Shown: piece after piece, positions 29,945 through 38,631 of the stretch | Layout: each line of letters opens with the position of its first letter | How positions within the stretch are numbered: position 1 is the first letter of the stretch | Assembly: GCA_964395405.1 (NCBI GenBank) | Contig: CAYNAV010000003.1 | Coordinates: 1-38,663, forward strand | Direction of reading: 5' to 3' | DNA length: 38,663 bases | DNA from: Candidatus Woesearchaeota archaeon | Lineage (GTDB): Archaea; Nanobdellota; Nanobdellia; Pacearchaeales; GW2011-AR1 | Program-made: the position numbers and the translations under genes | Notes under the pieces: generated by a model | The model's input: the letters and a program-made list of their open reading frames with translations, nothing else | Told to the model about the DNA's origin: nothing | The model's database searches: none

Positions 29945-30474
29945 GTAAACCTGAAGATGATTGTGTTTTTAATCTTTGCTATTAAAATCAAAAAAATCAA
30001 AAACTCTTTTATTTTATTGTGAACATTAGTTTTAATTTATGAACAAAAGACTATTTTATGGGTTGTGTCTCATCCGCTTTAAAAAACATTAAGTCCTAGA
30101 GATTTTTTTATCATATCATAAAAATGGTTTTTTTGATAAACAAGAATAATAAGTCAATAACACTGCAATAAGATAATAAACAGGTGAATTTGCCCATACG
30201 CATTATGAAACATGAGAAGTTAAAAAAGTATTTTATTTGTTGTTTATTCTTTTGTTCTTTCCACAAAACCCCTTATCATAGACGGATTATACTATTATTT
30301 TAAAAAAGAAGAGTCCTCTTTTTTCTTATAATCTTCTAATTATCATCTATAGCTAGGTAAAAAGTTGAGCCTTGAGAGGTTTATCGAGGATTAAACTTCA
30401 AACTTCTATTATCAGGCTTTATCTATTTACTGTACCACTGATATTTTTTTAAACTCTTAGATTATTCTTTTATC

Positions 30475-30999
30475 ATGAAATTTAATGAAGAACTAGAGAA
30501 GGCTTGGAATCCATATAACTCCATGATGCTTAAATCCAGGTTTAAAATCCTATGCTCACAAGCTTATTCAAGATTCCCAAAAAGAGTAAAGAAAAAAATT
30601 TTTAGATATCACCTTCTAATTTGTGACTATATGTATCATTCAAAATATCCTGATAGAGATATTGTAGGGATGCCCTATGGATTTTATCATGAAGGGAAAG
30701 GCTTAATTGATATTGTTCCAGAAGAAGCTAATAAGTTAAGTGACAATGCTTTTATAGGTTTTATAGCTCATGAAACCGCTCATTTTTATGCAGACAAAAC
30801 CATTAAGTTAATTAAGAAATTAAAATCTTGGTTTTATAAAATAAAATTTAATTCGCTTTCAGAAGACCGTCAAAAGTTTTATAGAAACCCTGAAGAATTA
30901 CATGCAGATATTTTAGCAGTTAAGTGGGGGTTTATCAAAGAAATCAATACTATCAATCAAGAAAGAATTGTAAAGGCAGACCAGATTATAATTAATTAA
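30475..30999 (+). CDS. putative zinc metallopeptidase (HExxH)
   Basis: FIGFIAHETAHFY (H-E-x-x-H) and downstream ELHADILAVKWGF. Confidence 0.5.
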   Translation: MKFNEELEKAWNPYNSMMLKSRFKILCSQAYSRFPKRVKKKIFRYHLLICDYMYHSKYPDRDIVGMPYGFYHEGKGLIDIVPEEANKLSDNAFIGFIAHETAHFYADKTIKLIKKLKSWFYKIKFNSLSEDRQKFYRNPEELHADILAVKWGFIKEINTINQERIVKADQIIIN

Positions 31000-31031
31000 G
31001 GCATATTTAATTAGTTAGCTTATGTAAAAAT

Positions 31032-31361
31032 TCAAAGACCTAGTCTAATTTTAAAAAATAAAGCGATTATAAACGAAGTAAAAAGTATCAATGTATTTTT
31101 AATCATATATCTATCAAACTCCTGTTGTGATTTGCTAAGACACCATACTCTTTTAACATTCTTGACTATTAGAATGACGCCAGAAAAAGATGCGAAAAAT
31201 AAGATTGCATAAAGTAATGCTATAAGAAAAGGGATTGTAGGACTAGAGTTTTCTTGTAGAATTATCGGCGCAATATAATCCAAAAATAGACTATCTGCAT
31301 TCGGTATTGAAAAGGTAAATCCAAAAACTACTGCCACTATTTCACTTTGAGTATTGTTCAT
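31032..31361 (-). CDS. membrane protein (109 aa from ATG 31361; track start is TTG 31397)
   Basis: Three hydrophobic helices. No other motif. Confidence 0.4.
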   Translation of the reverse strand: MNNTQSEIVAVVFGFTFSIPNADSLFLDYIAPIILQENSSPTIPFLIALLYAILFFASFSGVILIVKNVKRVWCLSKSQQEFDRYMIKNTLILFTSFIIALFFKIRLGL

Positions 31362-31509
31362 TTTATTTAAACAAGTTAGGATAATTTTCTTTTGCAATCA
31401 TTTTTTATAGGTGCATACTCTAAATTTAATACGATTAACACTCTCCTCAGAGATTTGTCCTCCTGTTTTAGCACTTAATTTCCATAGAAAAAATAATCCT
31501 GCAAAGTTT

Positions 31510-33099
31510 TTAATAGTTTCTATCTTTCTGACTCACTAGTTCCTTTGGTTTATTTATATTCTCAAACTTCAAAATCCACCTTCTAACAGAATCCTTAGAT
31601 GTTCCAAGCTTCTTTGCAATATCTATAAGAGTTAAACCCTCTTTTTTCATACCATAAGCTCGCTCAATATCCTTTAATCTTTGCTCTTGCTTTAATTCTT
31701 GCTTTTTCTTCTTCATCTCTTCTGGCTCAATTCCCTTTCTTTCTTCCTTCGCCTTTTTCTTCTCTTCAACCCTTTTCCTTTCAAGCTCCTCCAACCTTCT
31801 GGCTTTCTCTTTGAATTTCTCTTCTTCTTCAGAGAATATTCTATTCATTATGCCTATAATTTCTGAATATTTCTTCATTTTTTCAGGGTAGTGTTTTTTG
31901 AACATTTCTTCAAATTTATATTCAGGTTCAGCATGCATCCAGCTTGGAAAGAAAAAATGCCACCAGTCTACGTCTTCATTTCCAATTTGAAGCCATACTC
32001 CCTGGGCTGGAGGATTTGCAAGCTCCTGTCTTCTATCTTTATTATAGCCTAAAATCTTACTAATTTTATCTATATCATTGAGATTCAACTTTCCTAGAAG
32101 CGTTATACTATGACTGTCTCTGATATTCTGGTCTGTGTCATTCCACGACTGAGAGCTTAAAACACTTGCAATTCCTCCCTTTCCCATACTTCTCATTGTT
32201 GAAAGAGCCTCCTTAATTGCCTCACTTAAAAACTTTTGATAGCCTACTGCCTTATCTGGACATAGCTTTCTTATTTCTGGAATAACTATAAGGATAGGGT
32301 GTTTGGCATATTCCTTATTTTCTAGAATCTTATTTAAAACCGCCAGAATCACAAATTCTTTCATTTTAGGATCTTTTATGTACTTGGTACTAAAATAATG
32401 GATATTTTTGTTATCTGCTAAAATCTCCTTGAAATTAATATTAAAAGGGCATGACTCCTTTGTAAGGAAAAAATCTTTTTTAAATGGCTGAAACAAATTG
32501 CTAATGTCTTGCATTGATTTAGATGTGCCTGCAGTAACACTTAGGAAAAAATTCTGCTGTGAGGGAGAAGTAGATTCATGCTTTTTCTTTCCTTTAATAA
32601 GTTCTTGGATATCATGCAATAAATGATAAATCCCTGCCTCTTTTGAGAGGTTTTGAGATGCCTGTAGAAGTATCTTGATAGTATCACTATCCGCCTGAGT
32701 TTCTGCAAGCATAGAAAAATCTCGCCTACCTAAAGTCTTTATTGGAATGGTGAAAAAATTATAATTGGGTAAGAGTGTATTCGGGATATTGAATGTAAAT
32801 GGATGATAAAGCTTTACACCTACTTTTCTTGGCTGTTTCCCCTCTTTTTTTAGTATATCAAGATGATATTTTTCAATAGGTAAAAACATCGCGTAACCTG
32901 GTTCTTCCTCCCCTTTCCCGCCATCAGACAGATAAATACAGCAGAATCCAGCATCATAGTGAGCATTAACAATCCCCTCTTCACAAAGCGACTTCCCATA
33001 CCCCGTAGTTGCATAAATTCCGAATTGCTCTGGTCTTATCCTATTTCCATCTGTAAGAAATAGCTTGAGGGTTGAATTATGGTACTTTAAAGAAACCAT
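31510..33099 (-). CDS. P-loop ATPase (HerA/FtsK/VirB4-like or packaging-type) with K/E-rich coiled coil and C-terminal HTH
   Basis: GIYATTGYGKS (Walker A), HPILIVIPEIRKL (Walker B-like). C-terminus LTLIDIAKKLGTSKDSVRRWILKF (HTH). ATG 33099 lies 1 nt after the upstream stop. Confidence 0.6.
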   Translation of the reverse strand: MVSLKYHNSTLKLFLTDGNRIRPEQFGIYATTGYGKSLCEEGIVNAHYDAGFCCIYLSDGGKGEEEPGYAMFLPIEKYHLDILKKEGKQPRKVGVKLYHPFTFNIPNTLLPNYNFFTIPIKTLGRRDFSMLAETQADSDTIKILLQASQNLSKEAGIYHLLHDIQELIKGKKKHESTSPSQQNFFLSVTAGTSKSMQDISNLFQPFKKDFFLTKESCPFNINFKEILADNKNIHYFSTKYIKDPKMKEFVILAVLNKILENKEYAKHPILIVIPEIRKLCPDKAVGYQKFLSEAIKEALSTMRSMGKGGIASVLSSQSWNDTDQNIRDSHSITLLGKLNLNDIDKISKILGYNKDRRQELANPPAQGVWLQIGNEDVDWWHFFFPSWMHAEPEYKFEEMFKKHYPEKMKKYSEIIGIMNRIFSEEEEKFKEKARRLEELERKRVEEKKKAKEERKGIEPEEMKKKKQELKQEQRLKDIERAYGMKKEGLTLIDIAKKLGTSKDSVRRWILKFENINKPKELVSQKDRNY

Positions 33100-33100
33100 A

Positions 33101-33472
33101 TTAATCCATAATCTCCCCATACAGAACTCCTAAGACATTCTTCGTCCAATGTTCTCCAGAATTATATCCTAGTTCCTCATTTTGAGTCGCAAGCTCTTTT
33201 ATTGCTTTTGTAATTACTGCAAAATCTTTTTTCATGAAGCTTTGCAGTTTTACATACGCTTCATTATCTTGCTTTCCAATAATCTGTGCATCAATAAGCT
33301 TTCTCCAGAGATAATTTTTCTTCTTTTCTTTTGTGTCATCTAATCCAAGGATAACTAACGATAAATTATAAGCTTTGTAAAACTGCCATATAGACCTTAG
33401 CTCATACTTTCTAAAACCAAATTCCTCACTAAGAGCCATTATTTTTTCTAAGATGTTAGATATAATTTTCAA
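33101..33472 (-). CDS. hypothetical protein (TTG 33472 or ATG 33439)
   Basis: In-operon ORF with no motif. Confidence 0.45.
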   Translation of the reverse strand: MKIISNILEKIMALSEEFGFRKYELRSIWQFYKAYNLSLVILGLDDTKEKKKNYLWRKLIDAQIIGKQDNEAYVKLQSFMKKDFAVITKAIKELATQNEELGYNSGEHWTKNVLGVLYGEIMD

Positions 33473-34014
33473 TTTCCACCTCCAGAGCTTTCTAAAGGCG
33501 AAGTAATCGCTTCTGGAATTCTCCTTCCAATATCTAATTTTTTAAGATTGGTGTGTTCTAGAACCTTCCATGCCTCGCTAGGTATTGTCTGTTTTTGTAA
33601 TGGACTATTTTTTACAAGAAATATTGCAAGACTGTATAGGTCTGGCTTAATCAAAGGTATTCTCCTTGAATATCGCAAAAATTCTCTTACATCCTTATCA
33701 TTGATTTTTGTATAGTCTTTTTTCTCTACCTTATCAAAATATCCTTTTGCCTTGTTCAACCATACATCCAACCTTTTCATCTTTATTTTTACAGACTTCC
33801 AGTTCTCAGCAATCCTATTATAATTTCTGCTATTCGGAGAATTGTCATTCTTTAGCATTTCAACAACATTATCCTCTCCAAAATCCTGAATACAAAGGTC
33901 AACAAATTCCTTAAGATAATAGATATCATTACCCATACTTGAGCCTCCAAATGCTCCCCACTTTCTCAAGTAAATTTGATAGACTAAATGAGGAGAACTT
34001 ATTAAATTTGGCAT
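33469..34014 (-). CDS. hypothetical protein
   Basis: ATG start overlapping the recombinase gene end by 13 nt. No motif. Confidence 0.45.
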   Translation of the reverse strand: MPNLISSPHLVYQIYLRKWGAFGGSSMGNDIYYLKEFVDLCIQDFGEDNVVEMLKNDNSPNSRNYNRIAENWKSVKIKMKRLDVWLNKAKGYFDKVEKKDYTKINDKDVREFLRYSRRIPLIKPDLYSLAIFLVKNSPLQKQTIPSEAWKVLEHTNLKKLDIGRRIPEAITSPLESSGGGN

Positions 34015-34715
34015 TTTTCAAAAACCGCCCTAGAAATTATTTGCTTATGAGACCCTATAAGCTGATCTCTATACTTGATAAATCCACAATAGCTTATATT
34101 TGAAAGCATATATTTTATTGTTGCTGGAATAAAATTAAGTTCTGATGCTATTTCTTTTATTTCTTTTTTTTGCATTCTTAATTCAAAAGCTCTTTTTACT
34201 ATCTTTGCTTCTTTATTTGAAACAATCCATTTCCTTGTTTTCTTTTCAATTTTATAACCAAATGGAGGTCTTGATACAGGCTTTTTTTGTTTTAATCTAG
34301 ACTGATGTTCAACTTCTACTCTCTTTTGAAAAAACTTCCTTTGATATTGATTCATAACCCCTTGCATCTGCCTTATTTCATCTTCTTGCGTCCCATCGCA
34401 ACTTATAACTTTTATCCCCAAGTTATTCATTTCTTCAACAAAAAGTTCTTGATCTATAAGCCTCCTACTCAGTCTTGAGAATTCAAGAATATAGATAAAA
34501 TCGAATAATTTATTTTTTGCATCTTCTTTTAACTTTTTCAATTGCTTTCTCCTCCTAAATGAACCCCCGCTTTTTCCGATATCTGAGTAAACTTCAATAA
34601 CCTCATAGTTTCTTTTTTTAGCTTCTTGCCTGCAAATTTCTTCTTGAGTTCTATTTGAATCTCTAATATTATTTTTTTCTTCTGCAGATGTCCTCGTATA
34701 TATACATGCTTTCAT
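34002..34715 (-). CDS. serine recombinase (resolvase catalytic domain + partial recombinase domain, only 237 aa)
   Basis: CIYTRTSAEE (Y-x-R-x-S nucleophile), SDIGKSGGSFRRR, FSRLSRR, then PPFGYK typical of the large-serine-recombinase 'recombinase' domain. No zinc-ribbon or coiled-coil tail. Confidence 0.8.
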   Translation of the reverse strand: MKACIYTRTSAEEKNNIRDSNRTQEEICRQEAKKRNYEVIEVYSDIGKSGGSFRRRKQLKKLKEDAKNKLFDFIYILEFSRLSRRLIDQELFVEEMNNLGIKVISCDGTQEDEIRQMQGVMNQYQRKFFQKRVEVEHQSRLKQKKPVSRPPFGYKIEKKTRKWIVSNKEAKIVKRAFELRMQKKEIKEIASELNFIPATIKYMLSNISYCGFIKYRDQLIGSHKQIISRAVFEKCQI

Positions 34716-35200
34716 TTTAAAAATCTTTTTTTACCCTCCATCCAAAACCAGTATCTATAAAGTCTAAAATTTTCAAGAAATTTTGCTTTCAGTCCATTAA
34801 GAGAATTGCTTATCTTTAAACTGCAAACTTTTACAGGTGATACACCAAATTGATTTTTTCTTTTACAAAACATCATAAGATAAAACATCCCTTCGTATCC
34901 AAGGACTTCCAACGCAAGTATTTCGATTTCTCTTTTTGTAGATAATCTTTTTGGGATTACATCTACCCTTATAGATTTTTCATATATTTTCTTATGAAGG
35001 GTTGGTTGTAAATGTCTAGGGAACCTTCTAATCCCTTCTTTAGACATAGGTTTTACTTCCCAGAACCATATTTTGACAGGATCTCCTTTTTCCCTCTTAG
35101 AAAAATATGGCTGAAAATTTCCTTTCTTCATTCGGTACTTGTATTTCTTGTCTTTTCTTATCTTTCTTTTCTTTAAATCTTTAGAACCTTTTTTTCTCAT
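34712..35200 (-). CDS. hypothetical protein with strongly basic N-terminus
   Basis: MRKKGSKDLKKRKIRKDKKYKYRMKKG. ATGA-coupled to the recombinase gene. Confidence 0.45.
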   Translation of the reverse strand: MRKKGSKDLKKRKIRKDKKYKYRMKKGNFQPYFSKREKGDPVKIWFWEVKPMSKEGIRRFPRHLQPTLHKKIYEKSIRVDVIPKRLSTKREIEILALEVLGYEGMFYLMMFCKRKNQFGVSPVKVCSLKISNSLNGLKAKFLENFRLYRYWFWMEGKKRFLK

Positions 35201-35337
35201 TTTATATCTTTATTAATTAATTTTAGTTTAATATAACAAAAAAGAGGGTCTTGTTTTTATACATTGTAAGACAATTTTTTGAAGAATTGGGAAATGACAT
35301 AAAATAAATGCTAAAATTTTAGTTAAGCTACATAGAT

Positions 35338-35595
35338 TTAACTTGAAATCTTTTTTAATCCAACTAAAAGATGTAATAATCTTTGCCCCTTTTCTGAGAT
35401 CTCATAATCAACATTTTGATGTCCTTTATTGTGTTTTAAAACAAACTTCCTTTCAACAAGCTCTTTGAGAACAGACTGTAAGGTACTATGACTTACCCGT
35501 GTTTTCTTAAACATAACAGAATATTTTGATTTTCCTCTCCCTAGTAATTTAAGAACTTCAAGAATACAATAAACCTCTTTGTTTTCAAATATCAT
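35338..35595 (-). CDS. small winged-helix transcriptional regulator
   Basis: ILEVLKLLGRGKSKYSVMFKKTRVSHSTLQSVLKELVERKFVLKH...YEISEKGQRLL. Confidence 0.55.
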   Translation of the reverse strand: MIFENKEVYCILEVLKLLGRGKSKYSVMFKKTRVSHSTLQSVLKELVERKFVLKHNKGHQNVDYEISEKGQRLLHLLVGLKKISS

Positions 35596-35642
35596 ATTAA
35601 ACTATACGAATATTTATATATAATCACTACATCGATATAACG

Positions 35643-36644
35643 ATGTTAAAAGCGACATATTTGATTATTGGAATACTGTTTGGAAGTCTACTGTTAAGCT
35701 CAATGGTTTCTGCAAGCGGAGGAGAGATTGGTGTCTGTTTCTATGATGGGGGTGGCAATCCTGTTTGTAAAGGAGTTAATGATCCTTGCTGTACTGGTCT
35801 AACAAATTTTACTATGGATATATCTCTTTCAAACAACTCATTTTACAACCAAACCAAACCAAACCTTTCTATCCAACTGAATACAAAGATAAAACAGCTT
35901 AGTTACATAGATTATACAGACAGAGTCCCAAAAAAAGTTGTTTTGTGTACTGATTGCCAATCTTACGAGAGTAAAAAGATTTTCAAGGAAGGGTTACAAA
36001 AATTAACATTTATAGGAGAAAATTGGATTGGGACATCTAAATATGCGTGGTCTACTCAAGAAATTAATATCACATTTGTAATTGACACTAAAGATCCAAA
36101 GATAAGTAAGATACTGCCTGCAAGTAATAAGTTTACAAATGGGTCTGGTTTTATTGTTAAGTATACTGAAGAAAACCTAAAGAACATTGTTCTCTTTTGT
36201 GAAGGGAAAAATTCAGTAAAAGAAGATTGCCCAAGTGGAAAAAATAGCATTTGTTCACTCGATTTAGATTTAAGTGAATTTGAAGGAAGACTTATAACTT
36301 GCAACTTCACAATTGAAGATTTTGCTGGACACAAGACAAGTAGCAGACCAATAAAAGTTAATGTAGATACACTTCCTCCCGAAATTAACTTCTTTAACTA
36401 TTCAGTTAAGGGAAAGTATTTGTTACTTAATCTAACTCTAAACGAAACAAATCTAGGGGAACTAATTTATCCCCACTACTCAAATTCCCGCCTGATTTGG
36501 AGAGATTTGTGCAGTAATGTAAAAGATGGAAATTGTTTCAAGAAACTATATTTCTCAAAGACAGGGCAATATAACCTAACCATTCGGGCTTTAGACAAAG
36601 CTGGAAATTCTGCCGAACAATCTATAGTTTTTGACATAATCTAA
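35643..36644 (+). CDS. secreted Cys-rich, sequon-rich surface protein with two Ig-like repeats
   Basis: Signal-like N-terminus LIIGILFGSLLLSSMVSASG. At least 10 N-x-S/T sequons. Repeats end in EDFAGHKTSS and LDKAGNSAEQSIVFD (D-x-AGN-type). TTTATATA box 22 nt upstream. Confidence 0.6.
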   Translation: MLKATYLIIGILFGSLLLSSMVSASGGEIGVCFYDGGGNPVCKGVNDPCCTGLTNFTMDISLSNNSFYNQTKPNLSIQLNTKIKQLSYIDYTDRVPKKVVLCTDCQSYESKKIFKEGLQKLTFIGENWIGTSKYAWSTQEINITFVIDTKDPKISKILPASNKFTNGSGFIVKYTEENLKNIVLFCEGKNSVKEDCPSGKNSICSLDLDLSEFEGRLITCNFTIEDFAGHKTSSRPIKVNVDTLPPEINFFNYSVKGKYLLLNLTLNETNLGELIYPHYSNSRLIWRDLCSNVKDGNCFKKLYFSKTGQYNLTIRALDKAGNSAEQSIVFDII

Positions 36645-36662
36645 ATTGAAAAATATTGTAAA

Positions 36663-37451
36663 ATGAGCTTTAAAAAAACATTAGCAAGTATCGTTCTTTC
36701 AGGAGCTATCGCTCTGGGGGTTGGTGGAAAGGCAAAAGCAGATTATTTTGAGAACTTTAGTAGTCCTACCGCTCTTAATGGGTGGGCTACTGGAAATAAT
36801 TCAACATTAGAACAAACTACTTTTGAAGGAGATGGTGTCTTAAAGTTCAGAGCATCGTATGATGGACCATCTGTGCAAATAGAATACAAAGGTAGGCCGT
36901 TTCAACTTAATTGGGATTTTTATATTGAAGGATATGAAAATATGTCTGAAACTGATTGGCCAAACGATTGGGCTCTCCCTTCCTTTGGAATAGTTGGACA
37001 AAATCAACAGATTTTTGGGGGATGGGAACATATTCTAGGAGGATGGGATCAACCACGATTAGATATAATGCATGAGGGGGGAATTAATTCGGCTGTACAA
37101 TCAGGTCTACCAAATTTTATAGGAAAGTGGTTCCACTTTGAGCTTAATTATGACGGGGATAAAGTCGGGATGCAAATTTATAATGGTAAGACCAATAGCC
37201 TACAAGGACCTTTTTCAATTTACTTAAGTTTAGATGCCCCAGATTTAATAAATTTAGATAGATTAAAATTAAGAGGGCATAATTTAGATGAACAATGGAA
37301 TAGCAAAGTTATTGTTGACGGATATCTAGATAATGTATCATTTACAGAAGTTCCAGAACCAACAACCCTTGGACTATTGACTCTAGGAGCTACAGCCCTT
37401 ACACTAAGAAAAAGGGAAAAATTAGACAAATCAATTAGAAGAAAAAAATAA
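36663..37451 (+). CDS. secreted lectin/LamG-like protein with PEP-CTERM-like sorting tail
   Basis: Signal-like N-terminus. C-terminus DNVSFTEVPEPTTLGLLTLGATALTLRKREK = VPEP + hydrophobic helix + basic cluster. Confidence 0.6.
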   Translation: MSFKKTLASIVLSGAIALGVGGKAKADYFENFSSPTALNGWATGNNSTLEQTTFEGDGVLKFRASYDGPSVQIEYKGRPFQLNWDFYIEGYENMSETDWPNDWALPSFGIVGQNQQIFGGWEHILGGWDQPRLDIMHEGGINSAVQSGLPNFIGKWFHFELNYDGDKVGMQIYNGKTNSLQGPFSIYLSLDAPDLINLDRLKLRGHNLDEQWNSKVIVDGYLDNVSFTEVPEPTTLGLLTLGATALTLRKREKLDKSIRRKK

Positions 37452-37484
37452 ACAGGAGGGCTATTTTCTCAGAAATTTCTTAGG

Positions 37485-38567
37485 TTAAAACACTTTTAAA
37501 TTATCAACTAAACCCTTAATTTCATTCTTAAATTTTTTGTCATCAATTTTACCTAATTCTTTTTCAAGTAAAAGCTTCGTTAAACGGCTTAGGTTTTCAA
37601 TCTCTAATTCTAACTTATGTTTCTTTTCTGGGGGCATATCCTCAATTTTGTAAATAGTCTTACTCATTGCTTCCTTAACATCTTTGTTGCTTAAATGAGT
37701 ATAAACATCGCCCATACTCTTGGAATGTCCTAAGAATTTCTGTGCTGTCTTATCTGGTATTCCCGCATTGGTATAAAGTTCTGTTGCTCTGGAATGTCTT
37801 AAAATATAGGGATAAACACTTCTCCCTAAAACCTTTTCAGATATTCGCCCTAACCAAACAGCAGGAAGGCTTTTATCCATTGGTTTGGTGTCATCCTTTG
37901 GTGCGGGAAAAACTAAATCTGTTTTGCTTTGTTCTTTTAACTTCTTCAAATAGAATGTAGCCTCCTTAACATAAACACTTCTTGCCTTATGGGTTTTACT
38001 TGCATAAATGTTTATTTCTGTTATCTCATCCTTATCAATATCAAACTTTATGTTTTTCCAGAGTAATGTTCTTAATTCAATAGGCCTTAATCCAGATTCA
38101 TATAAAGCCATAAAAAAGGCTTTCCAGAATAGTTTAGGCTCTGCTTTCATTATTGCCTCAACATCTTCTTTTTTCAGGAGAGTATCTGCGTTTATCTTTT
38201 CCTCATTAATTCGCATTATCAGTTTAATATCTTCTAAATTGCTAAATCTCTCACTCCAATCTTTAAACTTCCATTTCAAAAACCTTTTAATTGTGAACTT
38301 TAGATCATTTCTTGTTGATTGTGTCTTATTTGAATTGTTTAATAATGCTAAGAAATCTCTTAAGTCTTGCAGGGTGGCTTTATCCAAAGGTTTCTTAATC
38401 AAATACCTAAACTCTGTTAAGCCTCTTTGATTATTGTCCAATCTTCTCTGGGATTTAGAAGTAATTGAAACATACTTAATAAAATCCTGAATCTCTTTTT
38501 GTTCAGGTTTAGGGAGTTTTGAGTATATCTCCTGGACTTCTCCCCTTTTGAATGTTGGGTATTTCAT
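37485..38567 (-). CDS. int: tyrosine recombinase / integrase (360 aa from ATG 38567; track start is GTG 38609)
   Basis: GLRPIELRTL (Arg I), THKARSV (Lys), ILRHSRAT (H-x-x-R), FLGHS (His/Trp position), DVYTHL (Tyr nucleophile). Confidence 0.85.
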   Translation of the reverse strand: MKYPTFKRGEVQEIYSKLPKPEQKEIQDFIKYVSITSKSQRRLDNNQRGLTEFRYLIKKPLDKATLQDLRDFLALLNNSNKTQSTRNDLKFTIKRFLKWKFKDWSERFSNLEDIKLIMRINEEKINADTLLKKEDVEAIMKAEPKLFWKAFFMALYESGLRPIELRTLLWKNIKFDIDKDEITEINIYASKTHKARSVYVKEATFYLKKLKEQSKTDLVFPAPKDDTKPMDKSLPAVWLGRISEKVLGRSVYPYILRHSRATELYTNAGIPDKTAQKFLGHSKSMGDVYTHLSNKDVKEAMSKTIYKIEDMPPEKKHKLELEIENLSRLTKLLLEKELGKIDDKKFKNEIKGLVDNLKVF

Positions 38568-38588
38568 AGAATATAAACCCAATAGCAC

Positions 38589-38596
38589 TATATAAA
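38589..38596 (-). promoter_or_regulatory. TTTATATA box of the integrase gene, between ATG and attR
   Basis: The minus strand reads tttatata, 21 nt upstream of ATG 38567. Confidence 0.4.
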
Positions 38597-38613
38597 GTTT
38601 ACTTATCACCTTA

Positions 38614-38631
38614 CACTATACTATTGAGGCA
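38614..38631. repeat. attR-type 18-bp direct repeat (orphan copy of tRNA-Asp nt 1-17 + 1)
   Basis: cactatactattgaggca, identical to 7281..7298. It is not followed by the rest of a tRNA. Confidence 0.8.

Larger units (their letters stand above)
7281..38631. mobile_element. ~31.3-kb integrative element (integrated plasmid or provirus) inserted at the 5' end of tRNA-Asp, carrying a defence island
   Basis: 18-bp direct repeats of the tRNA 5' end bracket the segment. An intact tyrosine integrase lies immediately inside the distal repeat. RHH regulators, a Rep-like NTPase, an ATPase-HTH and a serine recombinase are present. Spot G+C counts of single 60-nt lines are 27-32% inside versus 35-47% left of the tRNA. 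Confidence 0.75.

Noticed and set aside
30193-30201. 9-mer cccatacgc matching part of the 34-bp att-like repeat
   Set aside because: A single 9-nt match in about 77 kb of two-strand sequence is expected by chance at roughly 0.3 occurrences, and there is no flanking similarity.
37742-38430. Plus-strand ORFs 37742..37960 and 38008..38430, antisense to the integrase
   Set aside because: The integrase frame carries the complete R-K-HxxR-H-Y catalytic set. The antisense translations are Ser/Leu/Phe-rich.
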